Of a DNA stretch of 64,000 nt, positions 11,488 to 23,480 are shown one piece after another. How positions within the stretch are numbered: position 1 is the first letter of the stretch; every line of letters begins with the position of its first letter. The stretch is from Hamiltosporidium tvaerminnensis FI-OER-3-3 (lineage: Eukaryota > Fungi > Microsporidia): the NCBI GenBank assembly GCA_022605425.2, contig CM061248.1, positions 1,178,001-1,242,000 of the forward strand, read 5' to 3'. Position numbers and translations under genes: made by a program. The notes beneath the pieces were generated by a model. It made no database searches. It was not told the DNA's origin and saw nothing but the letters and a program-made list of their open reading frames with translations.

Positions 11488-12684
11488 CTACATTCTTTTA
11501 TATCCATAATCTATACATCCATTAGGACTTTTATTAATATAACCAGGACTCTTGGTTTCTTGTTTCTTTCTATTTTTAAGAAACTCATAAATTTCGGTGG
11601 GTGACCTTAATTTTTCAAGTGACGGATCAATTTGAGAAATAGCTACTGTATGTGAAAGATGTACAATGGGTACTTTCTTAGGTACAGGATAACTAAAAGA
11701 ACTTTTAGAACGTGCATGTTTAAGAATTTCAAACATAGAAACCATTTTTTTAAACACATTCTGTGGTTTATCTTCTTTTTTAACACAAACCTCTTCACAG
11801 GTTTTTTGTACAAAAAAACTTTGAATAAAAGAATTCGAATGACTTCTATTGATAAATTTTTTATGTAAATTTTTATTACCTAAAAAAAATAATAAAATGG
11901 AATCAGAAATACATTTTGTACTTCTTTTTTGTTCCTGCCATACTTGTTTTATAAATTTTGATTTCTCCTCAATTAAAAATAAAAATTTAGAATTAAATTT
12001 CTGTTTTTCATAAGAAATACCACTATTTTTACACATTTTTTTATCATTAAAATTTTCTACTCCATAAGAAATACCATTATTTACAAATATTTTTTCATCT
12101 TTAAAATTTTCCATTCCATCAGAAATACAATTATTTTTACACATTTTTTTATCTTTAAAATATCCATTTTTACTAATTTTATATCTTTTACTTTCATTTT
12201 CTTTAAAAATAATTTCTTTTTTATTTTCTACTTTTTCATAAAAATATTCTAAATTTAAATTTTTATTTTTTCTTAAATTTTCTATTTTTTTTAATATTTT
12301 AAATCTTTCTAACTCTTCATATGAAATAATCCATTCAAACGTAAAAACAACTTTTTTACTATTTTTTAATATGAAATATAAAGGAAGATTTCGAATACTA
12401 TTATAATATTTAAGGGTGTTACTTACCTTACTATAATATCTATTATAAAGGGTGTTATTACTACTAATAGGAATATTTCTTATTAAAGAAATTTCACTAA
12501 AAATATTTTCATTTTCAAAATCTAAAAGTGGTCGATATATACCTTTATATCGGTGATATTCTAATATTTCTTGTCCTATCTTTTTAGAAAAAGAAGAAAG
12601 TGCATACGAAGCATCTGTAATTGAAAAGTCTTGGTTCTGTTCTATAACACTTAAATTTTGGTCATTGTCTTTATTTTCCTCCAT
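11488..12684 (-). CDS. Hypothetical protein, possibly an Eaf1/Vid21-like (NuA4) N-terminal region
   Basis: 398-aa ORF. The segment PLYFILKNSKKVVFTFEW..EELERFKILKKIENL resembles the Eaf1 pre-HSA region (weak, from memory). Internal 3x repeat FKDKKMCKNNGISYG. Confidence 0.6.
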   Translation of the reverse strand: MEENKDNDQNLSVIEQNQDFSITDASYALSSFSKKIGQEILEYHRYKGIYRPLLDFENENIFSEISLIRNIPISSNNTLYNRYYSKVSNTLKYYNSIRNLPLYFILKNSKKVVFTFEWIISYEELERFKILKKIENLRKNKNLNLEYFYEKVENKKEIIFKENESKRYKISKNGYFKDKKMCKNNCISDGMENFKDEKIFVNNGISYGVENFNDKKMCKNSGISYEKQKFNSKFLFLIEEKSKFIKQVWQEQKRSTKCISDSILLFFLGNKNLHKKFINRSHSNSFIQSFFVQKTCEEVCVKKEDKPQNVFKKMVSMFEILKHARSKSSFSYPVPKKVPIVHLSHTVAISQIDPSLEKLRSPTEIYEFLKNRKKQETKSPGYINKSPNGCIDYGYKRM

Positions 12685-12899
12685 CTATTTTTTTTAGCAA
12701 TGCAAAATTTTTTTTAATTTTTTTATTAAATATGGGATGTTAAAATACATCGAAAATAAAAATAGAAAATTAAAAGAAAAGAAGGGGATGGAACTGAACC
12801 GTTGGTAAATAAAATATTGGTGGAAAGGAAAGGTGTAAAGGAGAGAAGTAAAGGAGAAGGAAGTGTAAAGGAGAGAGAGGGTGTTATTGCTGAGTATTA

Positions 12900-13512
12900 T
12901 TAAAGGGTGTTAATTAAATAGTATTATAATACTAATACTAAAGGGGTGTTAATTATATTACTTCAATTACTATTACTAAAGGGGTGTTAATTAAAATGTA
13001 TTATAATACTAATACTAAAGGGGTGTTAATTATATTACTTCAATTACTATTACTAAAGGGGTGTTAATTAAAATGTATTATAATACTAATACTAAAGGGG
13101 TGTTAATTATATTACTTCAATTACTACTACTAAAGGGGTGTTATTCATATATATAATCTAGTAATACTAAAGGGGTGTTATATATACTACTAAAATAGTA
13201 AGACTAAAGGGGTGTTATTCATATATATAATCTAGTATTACTAAAGGTGTGTTATATATACTACTAAAATAGTATTACTAAAGGGGTGTTATTCATATAT
13301 ATAATCTAGTATTACTAAAGGGGTGTTAATTATATTACTTCAATTACTACTACTAAAGGGGTGTTATTCATATATATAATCTATTATTACGAAAGGTGTG
13401 TTATATATATTACTTCAATTACTACTACTAAAGGGGTGTTATTCATATATATAATCCAGTATTACTAAAGGGGTGTTATATATACTACTAAAATAGTATT
13501 ACTAAAGGGGTG
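12900..13512. repeat. Complex minisatellite with TACTAAAGGGGTGTTA core
   Basis: >15 copies of the core, separated by 4 alternating ~20-nt spacer types that are themselves repeated. Confidence 0.9.
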
Positions 13513-13908
13513 CCATATACTAGTCTATTTAAATAGCTTTAATCTACTTTAATTTCTTCTCAAACCAACACCTTTACACCTATAAGTATAATAACACTGT
13601 AAAGTAGTACATGTGTTATATATAAGCAACTATCAATCCAGTTATATCTCATGGAATTCAATTCTCAATATCTTAATATTTGCTTCTTAATATTTTCTTT
13701 TATTTTACAGCTCATGGGCCAAATATAGATATAACTAATTAAATTGATATAAAGATAGAAAAGATAAGAATAATAAAGGTAGATATTAGTAGTCTTATGA
13801 ATAACACCTTATATTATACAATCCTTATAATAACACCCTATAATTACTATTACACCAACAAAGTCATATCTTATAAATAACACCCAAATATACTACCCCT
13901 ATCTTACA

Positions 13909-14484
13909 ATGTCATCGGTCCAAAACAAACTAGAATTTCTAGAAGTTTTAAACCATACAAAGTCAGATCTACAGGGTGTTTATATTTATCCCCTTTCTAA
14001 AAAAATATTCCGTTGTTATATTTTTATACGTACTGGTATATTTCATGGTAATGGATATTGTTTTACTATTACTAAGTCTAACACAGAGTGGATATTAGGA
14101 GGATCATCTGTCATAGAACAGATCAAGGAGTATATTAAGGATGGTGATGTAGGTGAGAGTAGTAAGGATGAGAGTAGTGTAAATGGGGGACATACAACTT
14201 ATAGTGATAATACCCTTATCTCTACTTTTACTACCTCCAATACACCTCCTACTATCAATGCTAATAACCCTTCTATTCTAAATTTTCCTACTTCTCTTAC
14301 TCTATACACTCTCCTATTAAAAATACGTTCTATATTATATGTTACTACTCCTCTTAGTCCTATAATTACTTCGATTCCATCAGAAAACTTTAGAAAAGCT
14401 ATTTTATCAAAATTAAATAGTTTTATAGAAAATAAGAGTAAGTCATGTCTTAAATATTATGTAAGAAATGAAATAAATAAATAA
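13909..14484 (+). CDS. UBC-fold (AKTIP/Fts/crossbronx-like) protein
   Basis: LQGVYIYP....F.CYIFIRTGIFHG..Y.FTI resembles AKTIP LPGVYVQP...[21 protein letters not shown]. No obvious catalytic HPN/Cys. CCCC motif upstream. Confidence 0.55.
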   Translation: MSSVQNKLEFLEVLNHTKSDLQGVYIYPLSKKIFRCYIFIRTGIFHGNGYCFTITKSNTEWILGGSSVIEQIKEYIKDGDVGESSKDESSVNGGHTTYSDNTLISTFTTSNTPPTINANNPSILNFPTSLTLYTLLLKIRSILYVTTPLSPIITSIPSENFRKAILSKLNSFIENKSKSCLKYYVRNEINK

Positions 14485-14608
14485 TTTGGTTATAGAATAT
14501 ATTTAATAAATTTCTGGTTTAAAACCACTTCCACGCTTTTATATTTTTCTTCTACCTCTTGTAGTTTTGTACAAAAGTATATTTATAGGTAATATTTAAA
14601 ATTATTTA

Positions 14609-15315
14609 TGGTGGAGGGAGGATAACCCCAATAAAAACTTGCTACTTGGTAGTTAAGTTGAAGTATAAAATCATTGTTTGGATTTTAAATGGTATAAAAC
14701 CACACTACATTTTCGGTTATTCCATTGGTGTTGCTATGAGGAGGGGAAGATCTATTAAATGGCGAAACCTTTTCTGCAAATTTATTTCCAGTTTTTTATG
14801 TATCTAGATGGAAGACTGCAAGCGAACTTGCTGGTAATCGCCATGGAAACTCAAGGGAAAATAGCTTTGTACCTCCGGGTTAGAATACTTGGCGCCCTGG
14901 GATCTAAAAATAAAACTTTAAAAGCCGGGAAAACCAAGATGCAGATTATACCTGTTGATATGACGTTGCCTGTTTGAGTGAACTCCGTACAAGTTGCCTA
15001 AATATATATTAACAAGAAGCGTATTAGTTTTAGAAGGTGTAGAGTTGTGGGAACGCTGCATAGTCTCAAGAAAGCTTGGTGTAGGCTTCGGCATCACATA
15101 CCACGCAACGAACATTAACAAACACCGGGCAACTTCCTCGCCTATTAAATAGGTTCTATACACCTCTTAGATGAAAATCTTTGAGGCCTAGGTATCGCAA
15201 ATAGGCATTTATAGGTATTGGGGTAGCTGTTATTTATGTTAAATCTAGAACTACGTTAATGTCGTGCAAACAAGTATATCACTTACCACTGTTTTAAAAA
15301 GAGGTGAGATTTTTG
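14609..15315 (+). mobile_element. Structured non-coding element, copy A (divergent subfamily)
   Basis: Begins TGGTGGAGGGAGGATAACC and ends ccactgttttaaaaagaggtgag. Colinear with copies B/C, with compensatory changes. Confidence 0.85.
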
Positions 15316-17367
15316 GTAGTAGTTATATTTTTAGTATTCTATTTAATCTTAACATATTTAATCCTACACTTATCCTTTTTATTATACATTTTTATATTTT
15401 AATTTTTTTGCTATATTATCTTTATTAATTGCCTATTATTTCTATATCAAGAGAATAATATATTGGAGATTAATTATTAGTTAATTATACTATTTATCGT
15501 TATGTTATTCGTTTATATGTAGGGATAGATGTACTATAATTTCTTTTAATACAGATATTGATATTGATGGACTATTTAATGTCACGGGCCAATAAGCCCC
15601 CCATGTCCAATAGAACCCCCTTTATTCTCTACTGATTTATAGAACCCCCGTTATTTCTTATGATTTATAGAACCCCCGTTATTTTCATATATTTTACCTA
15701 AGGGCCAAATATTTTAAAAATAGAAGTTATTTATCTCTAAATTTAATAGGGGGTCTCTTTAAAAATTGCTTATATAGTTTTTAACTTGAATTTCGCGCCA
15801 AAAAAAATATTTCAAGTTTTGCCAGAATTAAAATAAAAACTTTAATGATAATACTTAAATAATAAAAAATGCCTATAATAATTGCAAAGTAAACCAAATT
15901 AAACACGTTTTATTACGTCTCCAAAAACTGTTCTGATGTCACCATCATTGTTTTTTTACTTCAATCATGTTGTTCATCAAAATACCGGCAACTGTAAAAA
16001 CCGAATTATCGTAAAAAGAGTCAAAAGGCGCTCTTTTGGTTTTAGTATTCCTATCGAACTCATTTTTTTTTATCAAAACTTGATTTTTAATAGACAAATC
16101 TCTCTTGAGTTTATTTGAATTGTTGCTTTCTATAATTATTTCTCTATAGTTTTTAAAATGCTTAGCCCCATCCGAACGAATCTTACATTCGATTTCAAGA
16201 CCATCAGCTATTATAGTGGTTGTGGTGGTTACTGTTTCAGTAACTTATTCATGTATAACCGAGGCAATTTCTAGGCTTCATTTTGTTTTTCCTGCATTTT
16301 ATTCGGCTAAAACCATATCAGGATCTATATCAATAGCAGGCATCATCGTACTGGCTTCGTTTTCAACTATTATGATTCCAGAAATTGTATTGTTAAAACC
16401 TGGCTTTCCGAAAAAAGCATAAATAGAGATTTGTTTGTTGCACTATTTATTGTTCTTTTATATGAATAAACAACATTTTTACGATATTCAATCAATTTTC
16501 TTACACTTGTTTCATGCAATTTCTTCGCTAGCCATCTTTTTATGGTTTGATTTACACGTCCCGGTTGACCTTGCGCTCTTGGATTGCGTGGTCTTCCATG
16601 TAAATTTTGATGTTAATATTTGTTAAAAAGGCATCAAGTAGTGCATTTTTAAACTCTTGACCGTTATCGGATTGTATTTCCACCGACACACCGAAGTTGT
16701 CAAAAAAAATTTACTGCATCTCTTACTAATTCCGAGGTTTTATTAATCAGCTTAAAGCTCCACAGATATTTTATGTATGTGTCAATTTCATTACGAATCC
16801 GGATATATTGATCATTTTGATCACTGTATCCCTTGAGATCTACATAATCCTCCATAAAGTATCATATTTTTTGGTAAAATGATTTATATATATTGCCCTG
16901 AATTGTTTTCAGAAAATTGAATCGAATAAATGTTTCACGGTCTTTAACATACTTTTTTATGTATTCCTTGGGAATTCCATAGTATTTATGTGCAATCAAA
17001 CCATCATTTTATTTACTCCGACGTGTGCAACAGCATGCTCTGTTTGAATAATTTGTTTATTCAAGGCAGTTTCAAATCCAAAAACGGCTCTTATTGGATG
17101 ATCGCGTCTTTTAAAGCAAATATCATCTCCGAGCAAAGTAAAATGTTCTGCCTCCTGCCTCCTGCCTCAACAACCACTTTTCTTTTTGAAATACTTAAAA
17201 AAAACAAAAAATAGGCAACCATTATTCAAATGTATATACAATTTTATGTTTTTTGGTATCTTTTCAAATCTTCAACGAAATTTTGCCTATAAAATACTAA
17301 CAAGTGCAAAAAACCGAAAAAGCAAAAAAAGAACCTAAACGAAAATATAAATTTTATTGGATATTTT

Positions 17368-19477
17368 TGGTGGAGAGAGGATAACCACATAAAAAACTTT
17401 CTGCTTGGCAATGAGTGTGTGAAACTGGTGTGAAGATCGATGTTTGTATTTTTGGTGGGAATACAACTACACTACATCTTCGGTTGTTCCATGGGATTTG
17501 TTATGAGGAATAGAGGTCTAAGAAATGGTGAAACTTTTTCTACGAATTTATTTGTAGTTTTTTATGTAACCCGATTACAGACTGCAGCTGAACATGTAGG
17601 TAATTGCCATGTAAAAGCATGGAAACATAGCCTTGCTCACTCGGGTTATAAGACTTAGTGCCTGGGATATATAAAAAACAAAACCATTAAAAGCCGGGAG
17701 AGCTAAGTAGCAGGTTAATCCTGTTGGTATGACATTGCACTGTTTAGGTGGACCCCATGTAAGTCTCTGAAATATATCTTAGCTAAAAGTTTATTGGGTT
17801 CAGAAAATGTAGAGTAAGTGGGAATGCTGCATAGTCTTGGGGGAGCCCAGGGGGGCTTCGGCCTTCGATCACACTCCATGCAACGGACATTAACGAACTC
17901 CGGGCAACTGCCTCGCCTATTAATTAGGTTCTACACACCTGGTAGATGAAAGGCTTTAGGACGTAGGTATCGCAGGGGTTACCGATGGAGTGTTGGGGTA
18001 GCAGTCATTTATGTTAAACCTAGAACTGCGTTAATGTCATGTAAAACAAATATAACACTTGCCACTATTTTAAAAAGATGTGATTAAATTAATAAAATTC
18101 TGGGTTAATAGATTTTCTCTCGTTTAACTAATTTCTTCCATCACTTTAACCACTTTATTCTCTTTTTCGACATCCGACTTATCATTAATGTCTATCGTCG
18201 GTTCCTCTGGTCTGGTTAGGTCATCTAAAATAAGGAGTAAAATATTTTTTGAATTTACTTGTTTAACACTATCTTCCTCGTTCTTCACTTCTTTTAAGGG
18301 GGGTGTTGGCTGTTTATGCATCTCAGCTCCTATAATAACACTTAATGACGCTCTCTCCCAGCTCTCTTCGGCACTTGGTCCTGACTCAATTCCTCTTCGT
18401 CGATCGAAGGAAATCATTTCGACTGTTTTCTTAATTACTATGGACTGAATGTATGCCTCTACATTTATGGGTATTTGTAATCTTTTAAGATAAGTCTTAT
18501 GGTATTTTGTCACAATACCGTCCCATGTTATCACATAAGGAATTATCTCTACACTACATTTGTAAATAAGACCCAGCTCATTTGCTAATAGGTCATACTT
18601 CCTAAGTTTCTCTGTTTCAACTATTTGAAGTGAGTCTTGGGAGGTGATTCCTACTTCAATGAGGGTAATCTTATTTCGTCTCTTGTCTAAAACGAATATA
18701 TCTGGCCTATTATTTCGAATTTTGACATCAGTTTTTATTCTGGTGTCCACTCTTATCTCTGCATACTCATTATCAAGAATTTCTTGAACTGAGTGGCTTC
18801 TGATTCGTTTTGAAGACTTGAATTTATATTTATTTAACAAGAGCAAATGTATACATCGTACCACTTCATTGTGTCGTCTAGTATAGTCATGACCAAGCAT
18901 TTTTTCACATCTCGTTGCTAAATGGTCTACTGTTTTTCTAGACGTGTTGCAGTGTTGACACACACCTTCTGCTCCCCAAAATACGTTTCTATCCTGGATA
19001 TAGCAGAACACTGCTTCATCACGCGGTCTTACACTTCCTTTCTTTAACCATCTTGAGGAGTCATTTACGCTTACTAGCTCGTTGTTTCTAGCATTATATA
19101 ACTTTGAATGTAGTTTTCGTTTTTCTATTTCGTTATATAAGTTAGCTAGTTGAGCTTCATCTAATTTATTTTTAGTGACCTCCTCTGCCATCCCGTATTT
19201 TACTTGTAAAAAGTCTTTTATTAATGCAAGATGGGTTTTATTATCATTCTCCACCTTAAGGATTGCTGCTCTTCTGGTCGATGTTTCTTTAGATTTTTCC
19301 AGACAATCCAAGAGTTGCAAAAGCATATGTTCGCTTTTGAACTCAACACTATGAAGACCTCTCCCAAGTTCTGTTCTGGGAGGGTACAGACGCTCTTTAC
19401 ATCCTAGGCGAAGATGTATCTTGTTATTTACTAAAACTGCACGTACTGCGTCAAAAGATGTGATACTTTTAAATAAA
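17368..19477 (+). mobile_element. Structured non-coding element, copy B (17368-18084 plus 19465-19477), interrupted by an R4-like fragment
   Basis: Closely similar to copy C. Its tail acttttaaataaa resumes at 19465. Degenerate TSD ttattggatatttt (17354-17367) / ttactggatacttt (19478-19491). Confidence 0.85.
18085..19452 (-). mobile_element. 5'-truncated R4/Dong-like RLE non-LTR retrotransposon
   Basis: CCHC (CQHC..HLATRC), RRHN and RPDI..IEVGIT..K..KY endonuclease motifs. Near identical to 26467-27835. 12-bp TSD aaaagatgtgat (18073-18084 / 19453-19464). Confidence 0.92.
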
Positions 19478-19767
19478 TTACTGGATACTTTATTCACAAT
19501 TCACACATCTCATTTGTTTTCTAAAAGAAACGTTAAAAAAAGATGGATAAGAAATATTGGAAATGATACTAAAATAAGAAGGTTTATACGAATAAAGGGA
19601 ATAAATGGGTTATAAGGATATAGAAATTAAAAGGCTATATGAAAAAATAAAGGGTGTCATCAATTTTAAAAATGTATAGGAAATAACCGGTTCTATTGGA
19701 CATGGGGGGTTTATTGGCCTGTGACATTTAATAGTACTACTTTTCCTAACTAGTTAAGATTGTATAT

Positions 19768-19990
19768 TCATTCTTCCTTGGCACTGCAGCCTTAAGAGCA
19801 TTGACTCCCTCGGTAATACCAACCACCGGATTTTCCAGTGAATTGTTTACATTTTCTGATTTTGTAACAAGAACGCTTTATAGGATGGGTTGTTAACTCT
19901 AAGACCAACCCAGAAGCGCAGTCTTTTTTGTCGCCTCTTACGAAAAGCAGAGAATAATTCATTCCAATTCTGCTCTCGGTATGTAGAAAA
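19768..19990 (-). mobile_element. Short bipartite non-autonomous RTE derivative (SINE-like)
   Basis: The 5' part matches the RTE 5' end at 40420-40535 (GCAGAATTGG..CTCTGCT.TCGTAAGAGGCGAC..GGGTTG..AACAACCC). The 3' end GGCTGCAGTGCCAAGGAAGAATGAA is RTE-like. TSD aagattgt(a/g)tat at 19756-19767 / 19991-20002. Confidence 0.75.
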
Positions 19991-20694
19991 AAGATTGTGT
20001 ATGAGAGCGTAAACAAGAATCCGAAAGTCTTTGTAAATGTATGTAAATTTTTATCTGTTTATAGTTTTTTCTTAGATTACTTTTTAAAATGATTATAAAA
20101 TTTTATTCATCTGGACAAATTTGTTGAAGAAAACAAAATTTTAAAAAACTTTAACGTTTTGTGATATAGAGAAAATTACTTATTATAAACTCGTAAAAAT
20201 GTCTAAAACATTAAAATTTTTATTTTTTATTGTAGTTATACTGATACTTATATGCCGTTTTTAATGGATTATATTGGTTTTTTATAATATTTTGGATTTA
20301 ATTGTTTTGCTATTTACGGATTTATATAATCTTAGAGTTCTTATAAGAATTAAGAATTTAAAATATGAACTAAGAATTTAGTATATAAACTAAGAATATG
20401 TTTGGAATGTGAATTGGAGCAAGAATAAGAATGAGAGTTGACAGTTTTGGGAAATAAAGTGTTTTAAAACACTATACTTATGGACAAATCGAAGCTGTAA
20501 AATTAATTGTGTAATAGTATATTACATACTCACAAATTCTCAACATTAAATCCTACATCTTAGATTTAAAGTGAAGTAAATGACTATCCAACAAAAAATC
20601 CTTTATATACAACTTGTTAATTAAAACTGTCAGATATTCTATTTTACGATCCATAGAAGTATAAATAAGACTACTCCACTAAAATAAATACTTT

Positions 20695-21336
20695 ATGGAT
20701 TTATCAAACAACCACAGAAAAAAAAAATCATATAAATCCATAGAAAACAGACGTAGGCAATATTTTAAAAATCTAAATAATTACATAAGCAGACGTATAC
20801 ACATGTCCTTTGAGGAAATAGAGTCTGAAACCATGCTATTATTGTTAGAACGTAAGTTGATTTTTAACAGTGATAAAAAACTTAGTGTATATCAGTTTAC
20901 CAATGATATACAAAACAAATTTATACAGAATTTACTGTGCTGCAATTTAAACTTTAAAACATTTGATGATTATTTGAAGCATGTGTACTTAACACACAAA
21001 GAGTATAAAGCTGGATATGAAGATCAATGTGTAGGAGAGTATAAATCCGAGGATTAAGGAAGAAAAATAGGAGAGTATGTAGGTGGAAACAGAGACAACT
21101 TATGTGATATTGATTATGAGTTTTATGATAGAATACTTAATAAATATAAGATGTATTGTTGTACTACTAAAGGATGCGCTAAGAGATATACTTCTGCTTA
21201 TGGATTGAGATACCATTTGGAAAACGGACATTCTTCCTATAGAATACCCAAAAGGTTTTTATGTACCTTTAATGATTGTAATAAGAGTTATAAAAATGCA
21301 AATGGTCTCAAATATCATCTAAGAAATGGGCATTAA
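20695..21336 (+). CDS. SFP1: Sfp1/JAZF1-like split C2H2 zinc-finger gene with one in-frame TAA (21055-21057)
   Basis: N-terminal finger CCNLNF..FDDYLKHVYLTH and C-terminal fingers ending CNKSYKNANGLKYHLRNGH. Both ORFs are in the same frame, and the interval between them is open apart from the TAA. Confidence 0.7.
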
Positions 21337-21428
21337 ATCATATAATGCATTATTATTATGAAAATATCATTGAATAAAAGTGTATTCTTTACATTGATTA
21401 AATAAAATGTTTTCTATAATTCTTACAA

Positions 21429-21510
21429 TGATGGAGGGAGGATAACCACAATAAAAACTATCTGCTTGGCGAAGAGTCTATATAAATGATGTGAATATCA
21501 TTTGAGTTAC
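21429..21510 (+). repeat. 5' fragment of the structured non-coding element
   Basis: tgatggagggaggataaccacaataaaaactatctgcttggc matches the element start. Confidence 0.75.
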
Positions 21511-22799
21511 TTCGATATTATTAAGCCAGCTGGATATATAGGCATATCACCTATAATTCCGAGTTATAACAGATTGAAAGAGGACGGGGGTTAGTAAGTA
21601 TGTTTAATTCTCACAATGTTTAGCTCGTGGAAAATAAACTTAATTTTACATTTAACGTAAATCACGACAATTCATATTGTCTTCTTAAACTTTGTTATCA
21701 TTCCCAAATTTCTCAAAAATTTCCATTGGGTTATAAGACTCAGCTGATTTATTTTCTCGTAGTTTTAGAGCCTTTCATTCATAATTCTTACCGTCCCTGA
21801 GCGATTTCATAATATAACTTCTTATCTGCAGGTATGAAACTATTTTGCAACATATATTTTGCTTTATTTAAAATTTTTATTAGCTTTAGTTGATGTTTTT
21901 TTTTGTCATTTAGAGTTACCATTTATTTCCATCGCCTTAAAATTTCCATTTCTTTAGTCATAAGATGTGTTAAAGTTTTCTTTGACTGAATATTCGATTT
22001 TTTAGCGAATGCCGCATAATTTATAATTAATTGAAATTTTTCTGGCTATCTATTTTTGAAAAATTAAAAATTAATTAAATATTATAATTTCAGTACCTTT
22101 TTAATAATAATTGCTTTATGCAGTTAATATTAAATATAAATAAATTTCCCAGTGAAATGGTTGAGAAATTGATTGTGTCTACATTTTTCATTAATGTAAA
22201 AAAGCTTCTAAAAAACAAAAAAATCTATTTAATGAATGCCATTTTAGAAACCAAAAGGTTAAAAAAATCCTACATGTTTTATTCTGTTCTTTAACCTTCG
22301 GTGTAGAAGATGACCAAATATAATTTTCACATTTTTAACTTTTAATTTGTTATAAATCGGAATTATATTTAATTGGCTTATAAATTTAGTATGCTTTATA
22401 TCTCACTAAACCGGAAACAATTGTTTTTAGACCAATTCTACATACTCTATGCCGGATAGATAGTTTTAAATGTGGTTTTATAAACCCTGCGCTCTAAATA
22501 GATGAAAGAAATTGGAAAAGTATATATTTATGCTTTTAATATGCTGTAATATAATAAAAGAAAATTTCATATTACTTGTGAATGTTTTTTTAACTATTCA
22601 CATTTTTTCAAGTGTTTTAAGTTCTACTTCGGAAACCAAAAAGATTTCTGTTAAAATTATAGAAAAATCACAAGTTTTGAGTTCTTGATTAAGAAACTAT
22701 TATTCTTTCTTAGTTTTCTGAATATGTTTGATATTACGAGTTATGCCGTGCTTTGTTAGATCCCTGCTCGAATATATCTTTTATATTTCTGATTTTCTT

Positions 22800-23480
22800 G
22801 TAAATATTTAAATGAAGCTATCAATAAGAGTAAATGGTCCAACCCGCTTGACTCTTTAAGTTAGATGATGCAGTGCGTGGAGTGACCGTGGGCATTAACT
22901 ACAGCTTCGCTCAGTATGTAAAAAATGTCTGCAGTTTTTTAGAACAGAACTCGGAAGAGGTTTACATAGTGATTTGCGCAAAGGCGAACATATGCTTCTA
23001 CTATTCTTGAATTGCCAAAAAAGTAAAAAAAATAAATTGAAGAGCAACAATTCCAAAAGTTGAAAATGCTAATAAAGCCTATTTCGCATTAATAAAAAAA
23101 TCCCTTAAAACGTAAAATACGAGTTGCAAGAGGATGTAACAAAGAATAAACCAGAAGAGATCATTTCACAACTTAGATAACGAAATCAAAAATTTAAAAC
23201 TTCATTCAAACGTTTAAAAAGTTAGACATAACGAGCTACTAAAAATATATGACCTCTCAAGATAAAAAGAGAAGCACAATACCCCCTAATCAATCAGACT
23301 GTTCCGCTAAATCCAGAACAGAAATGTTTTCGAATGCGGCGGAAGTATGATAAACAAAGGAATAAGTTCGGTAAAATCTAATGGATTAGCAACCCGATCT
23401 TAGAAAACGTTCTAATATTACTATGCCTGGCGGCATTATGAAGTTGTTAAAAGCCTGCATATACTTTATTTAAATCGTTA
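22800..23480 (+). pseudogene. Degraded R4-like retrotransposon remnant
   Basis: ctttaagttagatgatgcagtgcgt and gaactcggaagaggtttacatagtg match copy 51936-55718. Confidence 0.65.

Larger units (their letters stand above)
15580..19726 (-). mobile_element. Ginger-like (retroviral-integrase-type) DNA transposon, degraded, carrying two nested insertions
   Basis: 38-bp TIRs TGTCACGGGCCAATAAGCCCCCCATGTCCAATAGAACC (15580) / reverse complement ending GTGACA (19726), and a TTTAA duplication on both sides. Minus-strand integrase motifs EIQSDNGQEFKN (~16645-16680) and GRPRNPRAQGQ (~16565-16597). Confidence 0.8.

Noticed and set aside
12900-13512. CRISPR-like repeat/spacer appearance
   Set aside because: The spacers are themselves repeated, there are no cas genes, and the context is eukaryotic.
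17440-17658. Small ORF shared with 56269..56502
   Set aside because: It is shared only because copies B and C are near-identical. It is not maintained in copies A or D.
17368-18084. Structured element as the 3' UTR of the R4-like element, or as RNase P/MRP or a group I intron
   Set aside because: It has its own TSDs and opposite polarity to the adjacent R4 copies. The helices I can see are nested, without the P4 or P3/P7 crossing topology (not excluded without Infernal).
19453-19497. N-terminus MNKVSSNLFKSITSF of ORF 18124..19497
   Set aside because: Chimeric read-in from flanking DNA beyond the TSD.
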